Shown here: positions 21,601-28,807 of the stretch, piece after piece | How positions within the stretch are numbered: position 1 is the stretch's first letter | How the letters are laid out: every line of letters starts with the position of its first letter | Source of the DNA: an uncultured virus (IMG/VR IMGVR_UViG_3300022178_000001) | Lineage: Duplodnaviria > Heunggongvirae > Uroviricota > Caudoviricetes | DNA length: 35,729 bases | Direction: 5' to 3' (one strand) | IMG/VR virus record: IMGVR_UViG_3300022178_000001 | Notes under the pieces: model-generated | Database searches by the model: none | What the model was told of the DNA's origin: nothing | Seen by the model: only the letters and a program-made list of their open reading frames with translations | Position numbers and translations under genes: made by a program

Positions 21601-24600
21601 GTTGTGGTAAATAAGACTGATTCAGAACTAGAAACTTCTCCTACTTTCTCTACCTTTCCATCTGACCGAAGAGCAACTAAATCTCCTAGAACTAAGTCTT
21701 CGTGAGGTACATAGTGTGCCAAGCCTTGGCGCTCTGTAGGTCTCCACTGTCCTGTAGGCTCATCGTACTCTAAAGTATTTCTGCTCTGTGGAAGAACGGT
21801 TTGAAGGTCTACATCGCTTAAGACAGTTAGACCGATATCAATTACTGCCCCTTCTACGCTTCTAGTAATCCACATCTGTGTTTCTGGATCCCAGGATATA
21901 AAGTCCGCAGTATACGGATTTTCGAGGTTAACATCGTCTAGATTTTCTAGTTTAAGCCCAATTCCATAACCGTCATCATTATTAAATCGAGTTGTTATAA
22001 AACCACTACCGGTCCATTTTACAAATCTTGAAGTATTTGCTGTTCCAATAGGAACATCCGTAAAACCTCCAACAGGAAATTGATCTAACTCAAATACATT
22101 TAAGGCATTAAGATCTTCTAAGGCTCTTGGTATTTCAGCACTGTTCCAGCTACTACCGCTCCAAATCAGAGCATCTAATGTAGATGGGCTAGCGGCATTA
22201 ACATTTAATAAATCGCCAATCTCATCGGGAAAATTCTGAGCAGTCCACGCCGAACCATTATAAACAAGACCCTGGCCTGAAGTAGCGCTGAGTACACTAA
22301 CATTAGAAAGATCTGTAAGTTCTAAAGTGTTTACACTCTTGATAGTCTCAACTATATCTTTTTGTATCCACTGTCCGTTATTGCCTGCTAGTACCGAATT
22401 TTCTGCGACAGTACTATAATCAAAATCTTGTAAATCGTCAGCAGTCCAGGAGGGGGTTATGTTCTCCATTCGAATACCAAACTCTACATTATCTACATAT
22501 CGAAGAATTTGACCTGTATCACGATTGTCTATACGAACATCAGTTAGTGAATCAAGGGAAGTTGCAAGTTGAAGATCTTTAGTTGTCCATTTTTCAAGTT
22601 CTGCATCCCATACTAAAAGCTCTCCATCTCGAAGCAATCCTGGTTCAATAGCTGTATCTTTTAATTCATCTAAGCGAATATTTACTTCTATCGCTTTATC
22701 TACGCTTTCTCCGAAAGTGACAAAATCCCCGTGCTCTAAAACATCAATATTCTTGTTTACAGTAACATACAAAAGATTAATATCTATGCTTGTAACTTTA
22801 GGCGCATCAATAAGTCTTGGTGAGATTACATAATCACCAATTTTTACTTCGTCATCAATTTCGGACTGAACTCTTATAAGGGTCCCATTTGTTTGCCCCT
22901 TCGAGGCTTGATTTTCAAAGTATACTTCCTGTCCTACAGATAAAAGCTCTGCGGCGCGAGTGGGATTGGTAATATTAACAGAGTCAGTACTGCCGCCGTC
23001 AACCCCGTATATATAGACATACTCAACCTCACCAAGCTCATCGTATGCTATAATATTCATACCCGAGTCGACTAAGGGAAGACGATCCTCTGTGAAATTT
23101 ATTGTTACTCCGCCAGCACTAAAAGAAGCAATAGTCATAGGGCCTATGGGACCCGCGTCTTGGTCATCAAGAACTAAAGTGCCCTCCCCTCCTGTGGTCT
23201 TTACAGGTATAACTATATTAAAAGTTATTACTTCTCCGGGGATTACTTGAATTGGGTAGGATACTGTTAAACTTAAGCGATCTGCTGAAATACCCGTAAT
23301 AACAGGATATTCTGTAATGCTTGATACGTATACTGCAACGCCCGGTACCACGCCTTCGGGAAGAGCAGGTTGTGTAAGAATAGTATCATATTCTCCTGGA
23401 GACATAGTAGGAGATACTACTATTCCCTCTGTACCCGCTACGTTTTGAATAACAGGAGGGGTACCAAAAGCACAAACAGCTCCTTGAGGGATTGACACTG
23501 AGCGGGAAACCGTAACAGATAGGCGATCTTCAGCAATTGATAGTATAATTGGAAAAGGTTTCGGTAGTAAGGCAACGTTATCTACAATGTCACCTGGATG
23601 AACATTTCCTGAAATTACGTCGGTAAACCCAATTATTGTACTATTACTATAAGTTTGATCAACAATACCTTGCCCTGTCAAGATTGCGTCGTCTATACTA
23701 TCTCCCTCTTCAAGAGGAGGAATTACAATAGTATCGCCATCTTCTGTTTCAACAGTTCCCTCACTACTTCCTCCACCAGGAAGAGGCCCTACGGGGGAGC
23801 CCTCATTATTGCCACCACCACTACCGCCTCCGGAAACAGTACCAGGTACCCATTTCGCCGCCTCGCTATTCCATACTAGTGCCTGACCATTTATTGGAGC
23901 AGTAGCTGTTGTATCTACGTCGGAAAGACTGTTTAAGTTTCCTGCAATTGAAATAAAACTATTTACCCACTTTTGAGTGGTTCCGTTCCATACCAGTGCC
24001 TGACCTGTTATAGGGCTGGCCCCTATAACTGTATCTGGGAGCGCGGAGATTGGAGGTATTGAGGGCGCATTTGGTACCCATTTTTGACCCTGCCACTGCA
24101 AAAAATGGCCTGTGGATCTAGGGTACGATTGATCATCCATATCAACATCTAAAAGGTCTTCTAGTTTAGAGGTTAATTCGAGGGACTGAGACAACCATTG
24201 TCCGGCTTCGCTTGAATAAGTAAGCACATGTCTATCTTGCGGAATTAGGATATTAACGTCATTCAGCTCATTAATGCTTACGCCGATTTCGGCAATAATA
24301 TCATTAATAAGTTTTGGAACCCATTCTGTATTAAAGTCGTCCCATGCAAATAAATGAGAGTTTGGAATACCCGTATTGTAATTAGTAAAAGTATCTACAT
24401 CAGAAAGATTATTAATTTCTCCCTGTACCTCTGCGTAGGCTGGAACCCAATTTTGTTTATTAGTATTCCACTGCAAAAATTGTTGAGACTGAGGAGCTAC
24501 AGATTTTGTGTCTACGTCTTCAAGCTCATTTAAGCTTTTGGGTACACCACTAACATCTGGGTTTGGCTCAATATCTCCAGTAACTAATACTTTATTACCT

Positions 24601-26837
24601 GCAACAGCTATTCCTATAGCACCACTGCCCACATCACTAGTACGTAGAGCCCCTCTATATATACGAGAGTTATCAATATAAATTTTGGTTCCTGGTACTA
24701 GTACTCCCCCAATACCTCCTGCAAAAGAGGTTGCCTCGGAGGTTCCACCAAGAATAGTAATTTGTCCAGTATTCCACTCAGGAAAGCCACTCTGCGGGTT
24801 AATAGGAGAGCTAAAACTTTCGTCTGCTATGCCGAACCAATCTCTAATATTAGTTATAGGATTAGTACCAAAAGTAATAGCTTTAATACCGCCTGGCTGA
24901 GTTAGAGGAATAAGCATACGGCTTTCCTCTTTATTAGTTAGCAATACAGGCCATAGTTGGTCTGTAATCAAAAATTCAACGTTAGAGTCATCAGAAGCTT
25001 TAATTGCGTCGTCCGTATCTACAATAGGGTAGCCACCGAATTCGGAGAAAGTAAGAAGCGTAGAATGTAAAGATACATTCCCGAGTTGGTCTTCTCTTCC
25101 CCATACAATAGTAGCACCTCGGGTGTCTTGAGACCCTATAATTGCTGGATCTATATTACTCATCTTATAAGGAGTTTCTACAGAATCCTGGCCATTTTCA
25201 AAGGGATAGTGAGTGTATTGCGCGCCTGTATAGTTTGTGTTAGTAGTACCATTATTTGAGTTAGTAAATCGAGTTATCCATCCTTGAGCAGGTACAGTAT
25301 TTGTTCTTCTATAGGCTACCCAACATTCTGAACCACCCTTCATGAGAGTGACAAATGGGGTAGTCATATTATCCCAAATACCGCGCGGAGTTCTAAAAGT
25401 GAGGAACAAGCCACTGACGATAGTGACAAAAGACCACCCAGTACCAAGCTCGTCAATAAATACACTTACATGACGATTTCCGATACTATTGTAAACAGTA
25501 TGAATCTGATATACTTCTTTTGTCGTAAATGGAATAGGCGGCTGAAAAAGCAGGTCTAAGCCATCGAGTTCTGCCAATCTTCCCACACCAGTACCAAGAC
25601 TCTCTTGGTCCGCATAATGAAAGACAACATTTCCACTCGCTGTATCACAAGATACTGAATGAGTACCAATAGGGGAAGATAAGGAAAAGTCAATTGGAAA
25701 CTCAGACATAGTTACTGAGAAGCCTGCGAGAGTAATTACTCTTGCATACCCTATATTCGTAATTGAGTCTCTCCATGCAAATACTGTTCGTGTAGTTGCA
25801 ATATCGTAAGAGACTGAAAATTCTCCACCAATGTTTTCACCAAAGTAGTGTATAGTAGGGTCGAGAGTTATTTCTATGCCTTGGTCATCTAATTCCCCTA
25901 CTCGAAACTCTCCGTCTCCTGTAGTATCATTGATGTACGCAATAATATACTTTTCTTGGGCTGTGCACCATATTGAGTGAGATTGAGAGCCTACTGCGGC
26001 TCCGAGACTTATACTCTGCCCAAATTCAGGATCAGCATATTGAATTGGAAAAGCTACAGTTTTACTAGTATCCTGAAGTCCGATGGTAACAGCACGACCT
26101 GCACTAATAGTTTCTCCAGCCGCAGCATAGACTTCCATTTTTCCTACAGTAGATGGAGTTCCTGCTACCCAAGTGCCAGCATCATAAATTAAGCTTTCAC
26201 CATCAACAGGAGGATTAGTTGTAAGATCTACATCTTGTAAACCATCAAGGTTTAAAATTGGAGTTGCTGGTACCCATTCAGAGCCATTAAACGAAAGAAG
26301 ATCGTTTGTAATGGGAGGAGTAGTTGTAAGGTCTACATCTGTAAGGCCTGCAAGGTAAATATTACTAAGTGCGCCTGTAGTGACAGTCGTCCACATCTCG
26401 CTATCAGCATCGTAAGCAAGAATCTGACCGTCAGAAACGGAAGATACGTCCACATCTTGAAGAAAAGACATGGTAGGAACTGTAGGGATATACTCACCTA
26501 AGCCATCGTAAACTAATACGCCTGTATATGTTCCAGACGCAGAAACGTCTGTGAGGTCGCTGGTAGAATAAGGATTTGCTGCATGATATGCGGCAATGTA
26601 TGAAGTGATCGCAAATTCAGTAGGAACTACCTGCTCAGGAGTTTGAGAGGATAGAGTAACATCATTTGTAAAGGCGATTACATCTAGAACTCCATCTGTA
26701 AGAGTTCCAAAAGTGAGTGTACCAAACTGAGCGTCATCGTTAGCTTCATACTTATTTGCATTTAAATAAGTAAAGTTTTCATCGAGCTCATCAAAAGTAA
26801 GTTCAGTACCTTTTACAAGGCGGAGGGTTAAAGCCAT
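12630..26837 (-). CDS. Giant modular fibre/adhesin with FG-GAP beta-propellers and LxDLxDV repeats
   Basis: 4735 aa. N-terminal LRLVKGTELTFDELDENF fibre-type motif; dozens of L..L.DV...G..L.(W/Y)....W repeats; FG-x-VAI...VGAP...G.VY(I/V)F blades; five copies of a split W.G.A...GL..G..YY...G module. Confidence 0.85.
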   Translation of the reverse strand: MALTLRLVKGTELTFDELDENFTYLNANKYEANDDAQFGTLTFGTLTDGVLDVIAFTNDVTLSSQTPEQVVPTEFAITSYIAAYHAANPYSTSDLTDVSASGTYTGVLVYDGLGEYIPTVPTMSFLQDVDVSSVSDGQILAYDADSEMWTTVTTGALSNIYLAGLTDVDLTTTPPITNDLLSFNGSEWVPATPILNLDGLQDVDLTTNPPVDGESLIYDAGTWVAGTPSTVGKMEVYAAAGETISAGRAVTIGLQDTSKTVAFPIQYADPEFGQSISLGAAVGSQSHSIWCTAQEKYIIAYINDTTGDGEFRVGELDDQGIEITLDPTIHYFGENIGGEFSVSYDIATTRTVFAWRDSITNIGYARVITLAGFSVTMSEFPIDFSLSSPIGTHSVSCDTASGNVVFHYADQESLGTGVGRLAELDGLDLLFQPPIPFTTKEVYQIHTVYNSIGNRHVSVFIDELGTGWSFVTIVSGLFLTFRTPRGIWDNMTTPFVTLMKGGSECWVAYRRTNTVPAQGWITRFTNSNNGTTNTNYTGAQYTHYPFENGQDSVETPYKMSNIDPAIIGSQDTRGATIVWGREDQLGNVSLHSTLLTFSEFGGYPIVDTDDAIKASDDSNVEFLITDQLWPVLLTNKEESRMLIPLTQPGGIKAITFGTNPITNIRDWFGIADESFSSPINPQSGFPEWNTGQITILGGTSEATSFAGGIGGVLVPGTKIYIDNSRIYRGALRTSDVGSGAIGIAVAGNKVLVTGDIEPNPDVSGVPKSLNELEDVDTKSVAPQSQQFLQWNTNKQNWVPAYAEVQGEINNLSDVDTFTNYNTGIPNSHLFAWDDFNTEWVPKLINDIIAEIGVSINELNDVNILIPQDRHVLTYSSEAGQWLSQSLELTSKLEDLLDVDMDDQSYPRSTGHFLQWQGQKWVPNAPSIPPISALPDTVIGASPITGQALVWNGTTQKWVNSFISIAGNLNSLSDVDTTATAPINGQALVWNSEAAKWVPGTVSGGGSGGGNNEGSPVGPLPGGGSSEGTVETEDGDTIVIPPLEEGDSIDDAILTGQGIVDQTYSNSTIIGFTDVISGNVHPGDIVDNVALLPKPFPIILSIAEDRLSVTVSRSVSIPQGAVCAFGTPPVIQNVAGTEGIVVSPTMSPGEYDTILTQPALPEGVVPGVAVYVSSITEYPVITGISADRLSLTVSYPIQVIPGEVITFNIVIPVKTTGGEGTLVLDDQDAGPIGPMTIASFSAGGVTINFTEDRLPLVDSGMNIIAYDELGEVEYVYIYGVDGGSTDSVNITNPTRAAELLSVGQEVYFENQASKGQTNGTLIRVQSEIDDEVKIGDYVISPRLIDAPKVTSIDINLLYVTVNKNIDVLEHGDFVTFGESVDKAIEVNIRLDELKDTAIEPGLLRDGELLVWDAELEKWTTKDLQLATSLDSLTDVRIDNRDTGQILRYVDNVEFGIRMENITPSWTADDLQDFDYSTVAENSVLAGNNGQWIQKDIVETIKSVNTLELTDLSNVSVLSATSGQGLVYNGSAWTAQNFPDEIGDLLNVNAASPSTLDALIWSGSSWNSAEIPRALEDLNALNVFELDQFPVGGFTDVPIGTANTSRFVKWTGSGFITTRFNNDDGYGIGLKLENLDDVNLENPYTADFISWDPETQMWITRSVEGAVIDIGLTVLSDVDLQTVLPQSRNTLEYDEPTGQWRPTERQGLAHYVPHEDLVLGDLVALRSDGKVEKVGEVSSSESVLFTTTATPSSASDYYGKSVYVSDNYYIVGAPGFENSTTGGKIEIYDTSTNSLLQVITNPTPGLATKFGESVSISDNFFVVGAPGYNSNAGRIYIYDLPGFTLSETIENPNLSTSTLDDQFGNRVQITNDYIVVSAITEEPINLSDNNTGVVYIFNPATGNLLHSIQSPTPSITGWGQSVAVGASGYIAIGHPLNNEVRVYQAATAGLLYTLTSPNNFEGNFGNSMGISTSGRLVVGAPNSEGGKIFVYNLVTGDFNYTITNPDRNISGGADKFGNTVAISNDYIIASATDERTIGTSWGTVYIFDVNTGRFLNEFKNPTDTNINWGYSLAVTNDYTIIGAPRLTIAGVGEIHTFSSSSFLTSNADNWVGIVEEDRLVADNKDVLVTTVGSVNKFVSGLETNKNYYLDGRGFLTLTETDYGVLGKATAETELLITGNVVSAETGVSYLNDIRDVDTVSKPPANNQGLVWDSANNRWSPKTIGYSNITTFGGLSDTSVASPTPGQSIQWTGTHWALANYIPQGSFVLNELSDVNTAGLEHGDSLVYSFILDKWIPQQTGTSNVFILDDLTDVDLQEITPVSNDVLVYNLEEDKWIPGAVSRVASLDDLTDVDLQTQAPTEADVIAYNSITSKWEPQLIANITVTSLSGLDEVDITSLGNNPLEGETLVWNAIDSVFRPGSPSLDTISLGSLGDVDTTTGGNVPEAGESLFWDGSNWVPGPTGDAVAAFIGDLVDVNVISYPPKELQVLTWDSSINRWYPRNGHSGGIEDFIAEGDILQGEVVSINLNGSVSRTGQSPFQPAWYKENPTPFGTASNDFFAYSLAASTDKLLVSADREDETGEIDSGKVYVYDALGFLEATINNNNINASPANDRFGFSLAIHGNLFAISAPFEDSGLNYQTGAVYLYNRTTNAITSQIVHPGLATFGSVQSYSPNNSQFGHSISLGGERLAVGAPFDSGNIAINSGVVYIVNPSPAVGEAQFPHIITNPNETGGSYNDQFGTKVALNSTGQYLAVASKNEGPSSTKGGVYIFDISNEEIDPVQVAYIANPGLGGGFSYNFASALKWDQVYPNLLAIGSYDSDTDYPEGYDQGRVFIWDLNTLDFRTVITNPNSYNNPTTGDRFGWSVDMKEGKLLAGATYEEQGYVGGKYTNAGKAYLLDATSGQLEAIFSNPNIYGDSTNEQFGYSVAIGGQGFNDLYHVGTPYVRNTISSDFNSGAVVTFDSQITTNADAWIGIAFEDIADGEVGNVTLFGGVAKNLFGLEAGSNYYLQVDGGYTLTLSPYGIIGKALSPNTLLITGDVESNTADQVNVLNDLNDVTSVTPQVGDGLVWNGSGWVTGAVSGGVSNIGELDDVFLPVPNLLQSGQVLTWNGVAQSWVNAATGSSNVAIINDLTDVDLDTIPPLEDQVLQFDGATWRPTDLPEGQRITGVASENITEGSIVLYGNTGQFKNVEISIGAFLASIPASVPSNYALFGSVITHQGDYYAVSAPGASAQGVGSYFGVVTVYDAVTDAPVRTFYPPREGYQVIANVSNQYFGESISIYGDYLAVGAPKGTINGAVQTGIVYVFRISTGSLVYIIPCPFNQNANDNFGASVSIDDTAILIGSPGYDSPTSFNTGRAYLYDFNDLDGYSYDVEEEEWPIIPPSKIFENSNDEGTPAGDAFGSVVSITPSSVIISAPSEDTGGTLSTGRIYIRNRVTTASIATLVNPNIDSEGFGTVLAYWPEKIIVGAPGYNANQGIVYIFSATTGALLHTIQSPEAIGDRFGVSVAIGEYQIVIGSETGKEGYPDSGKIHVYSNAAPPVYYGGFDNPGYNVSPSGERMGTAVAITPAGKAIAGAPYSDLSAGSQQNPAIDRGAVHLFDVSESAISSDAGEWIGIAAGTMTQGETGEVVILGGLTPFVYSGLVPATYYYANFDGTLTTNTTDYGLVGIATNSQQLLILGSISGVATMPDLSDVDFSSGLTPSHALTWNGQFWEGKFVSTITSITELDDVSLIDTPPEDTQALVFESLSGKWKATDIGYSNVFAFNDLNDVSISNVAVGQSLSWNGSQWVPETFSQVSTLDELTDVNTNVFKTDRDILEWDGEALEWTVARNVFGNFINIEAEGSIAAGEPVYITNNSKVAQIRGTEEITGTAVFENDFFQDISLSGYGRSIDIYEDLIVAGNPEFDLPGITNTGKAFVYSASSGELLQVLYPPTSYTYQQFGNTVATNGDLVAIIAAENPYANGKGKVHIYKGTTGEYLRSIEHPDPSRTTSNGFGYHQKSIDFQGNFLLVGDKNYRDPISNASLGRAFLFNAYTGNLVHTFEHPNSSAVNSRSFGTQVAMLDDGSKILIYDVLQDGLNSATAYIYDYAYDLVSTIEVPHYNADTIAINSNYLIVASTYSGYLYIHSLLDGTLLYTSGSAYLDYGQKSLSANEKTLVVTYGSNKGFRVFDIASRILLASETTSSVGSCASLFKTRLVYSTGYQAITYNLNDISISSKAADWVGISEGAYLAGDTTTIITGSGFVSALSGLIPGANYYVAVDGTLFPGATGFGKIGRAVSETELLVSSNTSNIDLDSDSTASLIAGIGDLTDVDTFTLFPTDGQYLQYNSVTSTWSPGDVSLPSLTDISLADIENNDLLLYSEGIWSNGTLATTNLSDIDTTVAPTASQTLIWNENTSKWEAGIPERALDSLSNMGSSVSTPTTGQILVYNTIGDQWSAVDNEFSLDGLTDVNLEGVTDNQFLQYNSTSSEWEPGTVATAVSELTDVDLTGVTEGQYLVYNDQDKWVPTTIEFAAALTDLTDVNAVGATQGQGLIYDTGTNKFELAIVGTSNVDTLEDLSNVSIPTTPNNGDVLKYNGNTDTWEATPTPSPAVVYATRNSFPAIGNLGDLSFAQDTGVLYVWEGTIWYNLKRTNAFYLVRAGQFTGPLTGTQLFQPQQTITLHEIRAQVDQPSGASLIFSVMRSGAEVQQFVIPPAAPFIEAAFTAGVVVGPADEITVDIISGPGTNLSIKFIYS

Positions 26838-26840
26838 TTT

Positions 26841-27128
26841 CTATCCAGTAATTACTAATGCTGCTATTCCAGCGGTAATCAATCCTGTCACAGCGATCCA
26901 TAATAATTTAGTAATGCTCTGCAGAATGCGGTCATGAGAATCAAGGTCTCGTGAAGTGACCGATTGCATAATTTCTAAGTCGGTAAGTCGTGATTCAATT
27001 TTGTCTCTTGAACTTCCGAGGTCTGAAATTTGCTCTTCTATCCTTGCTAAAGCAACTACAAGCTCTGTGAGCTTATCAATTTTATTCTCTATGCGGTCTA
27101 TACGGTTATTCTGTAGTTCCAGCTCCAT
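26841..27128 (-). CDS. Coiled-coil protein with C-terminal TM helix (XhlA/holin-like)
   Basis: RIDRIENKIDKL heptads plus LLWIAVTGLITAGIAALVI. Confidence 0.6.
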   Translation of the reverse strand: MELELQNNRIDRIENKIDKLTELVVALARIEEQISDLGSSRDKIESRLTDLEIMQSVTSRDLDSHDRILQSITKLLWIAVTGLITAGIAALVITG

Positions 27129-27576
27129 TTAATAGTTTTTCCATCAACTTGCCGTAGTTGCCTTGCCCAAAAGGGATTCCTTCATTTATCTGAACATTGG
27201 TTTGACTACGAATAGCCGTTGATTGAGCTTTCTCAAGCTCCGCGAGTGCTTTAATCTCGTCCATTCTCATTTTATGTGCCATCATCATAAGATCCGCAAG
27301 GTCTTTTGATGTGTACATTCCACTTTCTTGAGCTTCTTCAAGCTTTGCACTAATAATTTCATCAAGTACTGAGGCTATATTCCCTCTGTTTCGATACCCC
27401 ATGTCTAGATATACAGTATCAACGTATTTTTTTACTTCTCGAGTATTTAAAATTTCTACAATTCGTGACTCTGGTACCGACATATACGCACATACGTCTT
27501 TAATGTTACCGTATTGTAGGTAACAATTAGCTACTTCAACTCCTTCAGGAGATATTGTGGAAACTTCTTTTGACAT
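27106..27576 (-). CDS. terS: Terminase small subunit (T5-like)
   Basis: ISPEG..V...YLQ.G, EVKKY, GYRNR, LDEII..KLEE, AHKM.MDE.K, QTNVQ match recalled T5 TerS; ATG at 27576. Confidence 0.88.
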   Translation of the reverse strand: MSKEVSTISPEGVEVANCYLQYGNIKDVCAYMSVPESRIVEILNTREVKKYVDTVYLDMGYRNRGNIASVLDEIISAKLEEAQESGMYTSKDLADLMMMAHKMRMDEIKALAELEKAQSTAIRSQTNVQINEGIPFGQGNYGKLMEKLLNGAGTTE

Positions 27577-27583
27577 GACATAA

Positions 27584-27612
27584 ATTATACAGTAGGAGAT
27601 ATCCGTTGTCAA
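27584..27612 (-). promoter_or_regulatory. Sigma70 promoter of terS-adhesin operon
   Basis: TTGACA-17 bp-TATAAT, exact consensus. Confidence 0.85.
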
Positions 27613-27627
27613 GAAATATTTTTAAGA

Positions 27628-27655
27628 TGGTGGAGGCCCGAAGGCCCCCAGACCA
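27628..27655 (-). terminator. cUUCGg hairpin after barrel gene (terminator or stability hairpin)
   Basis: GGGGGCC-TTCG-GGCCTCC on minus strand; weak U tail. Confidence 0.55.
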
Positions 27656-27656
27656 A

Positions 27657-28235
27657 TTAGAAGTTGTAAGAGAGTTCTACAACGTGTGTTTCTTCCGCTA
27701 CACCAGTATCAAACTTGTATCCGAGGGAGAAGTGCTCAAATGAACGTGCAATTCCTACACCGGAATGGTCAGTACCTGCGAAGGCAGTAACATCGAAGTC
27801 CGCAATTTTTCTAGAAACGCTTCCCACGTAGTATTCAGCCTGTGTTTCCAGGTCATGATAGACGTATGCAGAAAACATACCATAACTTGCGCCAAAGTAG
27901 AGCTCCTGTGCTTCGTCGCTCAACTCTACCGCGTCACCGTAGTAGTCATACTGTAGGTATCCAAAGTCAACCGACAGGGAATCCGTAAGTTTGGGGGCGA
28001 AACCAACGAGGTAGTTTGCCTCCGTAGAAGCTTCAACACCTTTCAAGGTTGACGCCCAGAAAGTTCCATACAATCCGGCATCACTTTTCGCTGTAAGAGA
28101 GACTTGGAGCGCGGGGTCTTCCTCCGTTTGCGTTACTCCTCGAAAAACATATTGTGAACTTAAACCAATGCTTCCAGAAACTTCAGCAAGTGCTTCGCCT
28201 CCGAAAATCAACAGTCCCATAATTAAATACTTCAT
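27657..28235 (-). CDS. TorF/Gcw_chp (TIGR02001)-like outer-membrane beta-barrel protein
   Basis: Signal peptide, SQYVFRGVTQT...PALQ, GLYGTFWAS, DFGYLQYDY, ELYFGASY, C-terminal LSYNF (BAM signal). Confidence 0.85.
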   Translation of the reverse strand: MKYLIMGLLIFGGEALAEVSGSIGLSSQYVFRGVTQTEEDPALQVSLTAKSDAGLYGTFWASTLKGVEASTEANYLVGFAPKLTDSLSVDFGYLQYDYYGDAVELSDEAQELYFGASYGMFSAYVYHDLETQAEYYVGSVSRKIADFDVTAFAGTDHSGVGIARSFEHFSLGYKFDTGVAEETHVVELSYNF

Positions 28236-28295
28236 TAACTTCTCCTTTTTTACTTTCTCGAGAAATTCATAGTTTCTCCATTATTATTAAAAAAT

Positions 28296-28324
28296 AGTAT
28301 ATAATAAAATTTTTCGAAAGTCAA
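28296..28324 (-). promoter_or_regulatory. Sigma70 promoter for barrel gene
   Basis: TTGACT-17 bp-TATACT. Confidence 0.75.
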
Positions 28325-28576
28325 GAACAATTTTTCCAATCTTCCGAAGTCTCTTTCCCTCTTCCAGATAGTTTTTTCTCGTTTTTTCGAAATTGGTTAA
28401 TTTTTTCCAGGGGACTTTCAAAAAATACGAAAAAACGCACCCGTATCAGCTTTTTCGATTTCGATTTTTTGGATTTCTCTTTGTGGTTTACGTGAGGATG
28501 GGCGCGAGCGCGACCATTATCACTGGGTCTTATAACCGCCCCCGCCTACTATCATTCACAATGATGTAGCAAAAAG

Positions 28577-28593
28577 TTGGCACGGTCTATGCA
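28577..28593 (+). promoter_or_regulatory. Sigma54 (-24/-12) promoter motif 1
   Basis: TTGGCACGGTCTATGCA, GG-N10-GC. Confidence 0.7.
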
Positions 28594-28602
28594 TAGAGGG
28601 GG

Positions 28603-28640
28603 CGCACCACAATGGTGCAACGACGCACCATAATAGGGCG
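28603..28640. promoter_or_regulatory. Tandem NtrC-type boxes
   Basis: CGCACCACAATGGTGCA (28603-28619) and CGCACCATAATAGGGCG (28624-28640), 21 bp apart; consensus TGCACCA-N3-TGGTGCA. Confidence 0.75.
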
Positions 28641-28644
28641 GCCC

Positions 28645-28657
28645 TAACCTGTTGATA
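28645..28657 (-). promoter_or_regulatory. IHF site 1
   Basis: Reverse complement TATCAACAGGTTA matches WATCAANNNNTTR. Confidence 0.7.
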
Positions 28658-28700
28658 TTGTTAGAGTTTTTCTAAATTACTATCATATTGATTGAAATCG

Positions 28701-28717
28701 TGCTCCATTATGGTGCA
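28701..28717. promoter_or_regulatory. NtrC-type box 3
   Basis: TGCTCCATTATGGTGCA, about -110 from motif-2 start site. Confidence 0.75.
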
Positions 28718-28759
28718 GCCACACCCCTAAAATAAGGCTCTATCCTGGGCAGGCGCGCG

Positions 28760-28772
28760 TAACCTATTGATT
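28760..28772 (-). promoter_or_regulatory. IHF site 2
   Basis: Reverse complement AATCAATAGGTTA matches WATCAANNNNTTR, about -50 from motif-2 start site. Confidence 0.75.
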
Positions 28773-28790
28773 TATAAGGGAAAGCAAAAG

Positions 28791-28807
28791 TTGGCACGAC
28801 TCCTGCA
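28791..28807 (+). promoter_or_regulatory. Sigma54 promoter motif 2, upstream of first pre-early gene
   Basis: TTGGCACGACTCCTGCA, GG-N10-GC; predicted TSS ~28818, then RBS and ATG 28847. Confidence 0.8.

Noticed and set aside
96..26192. Plus-strand ORFs across the late region (96-533, 1605-1859, 12937-13245, 19414-19716, etc.) and nested minus-strand alternative frames
   Set aside because: Shadows of long, motif-bearing minus-strand genes; no independent support
10347..26837. Diversity-generating retroelement acting on the fibre genes
   Set aside because: No RT and no near-identical template/variable repeat pair seen; repeats are divergent at the protein level
28514..28566. Fur-box-like ATCATT/AATGAT hexamers
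   Set aside because: Orientation and spacing do not fit GATAATGATAATCATTATC
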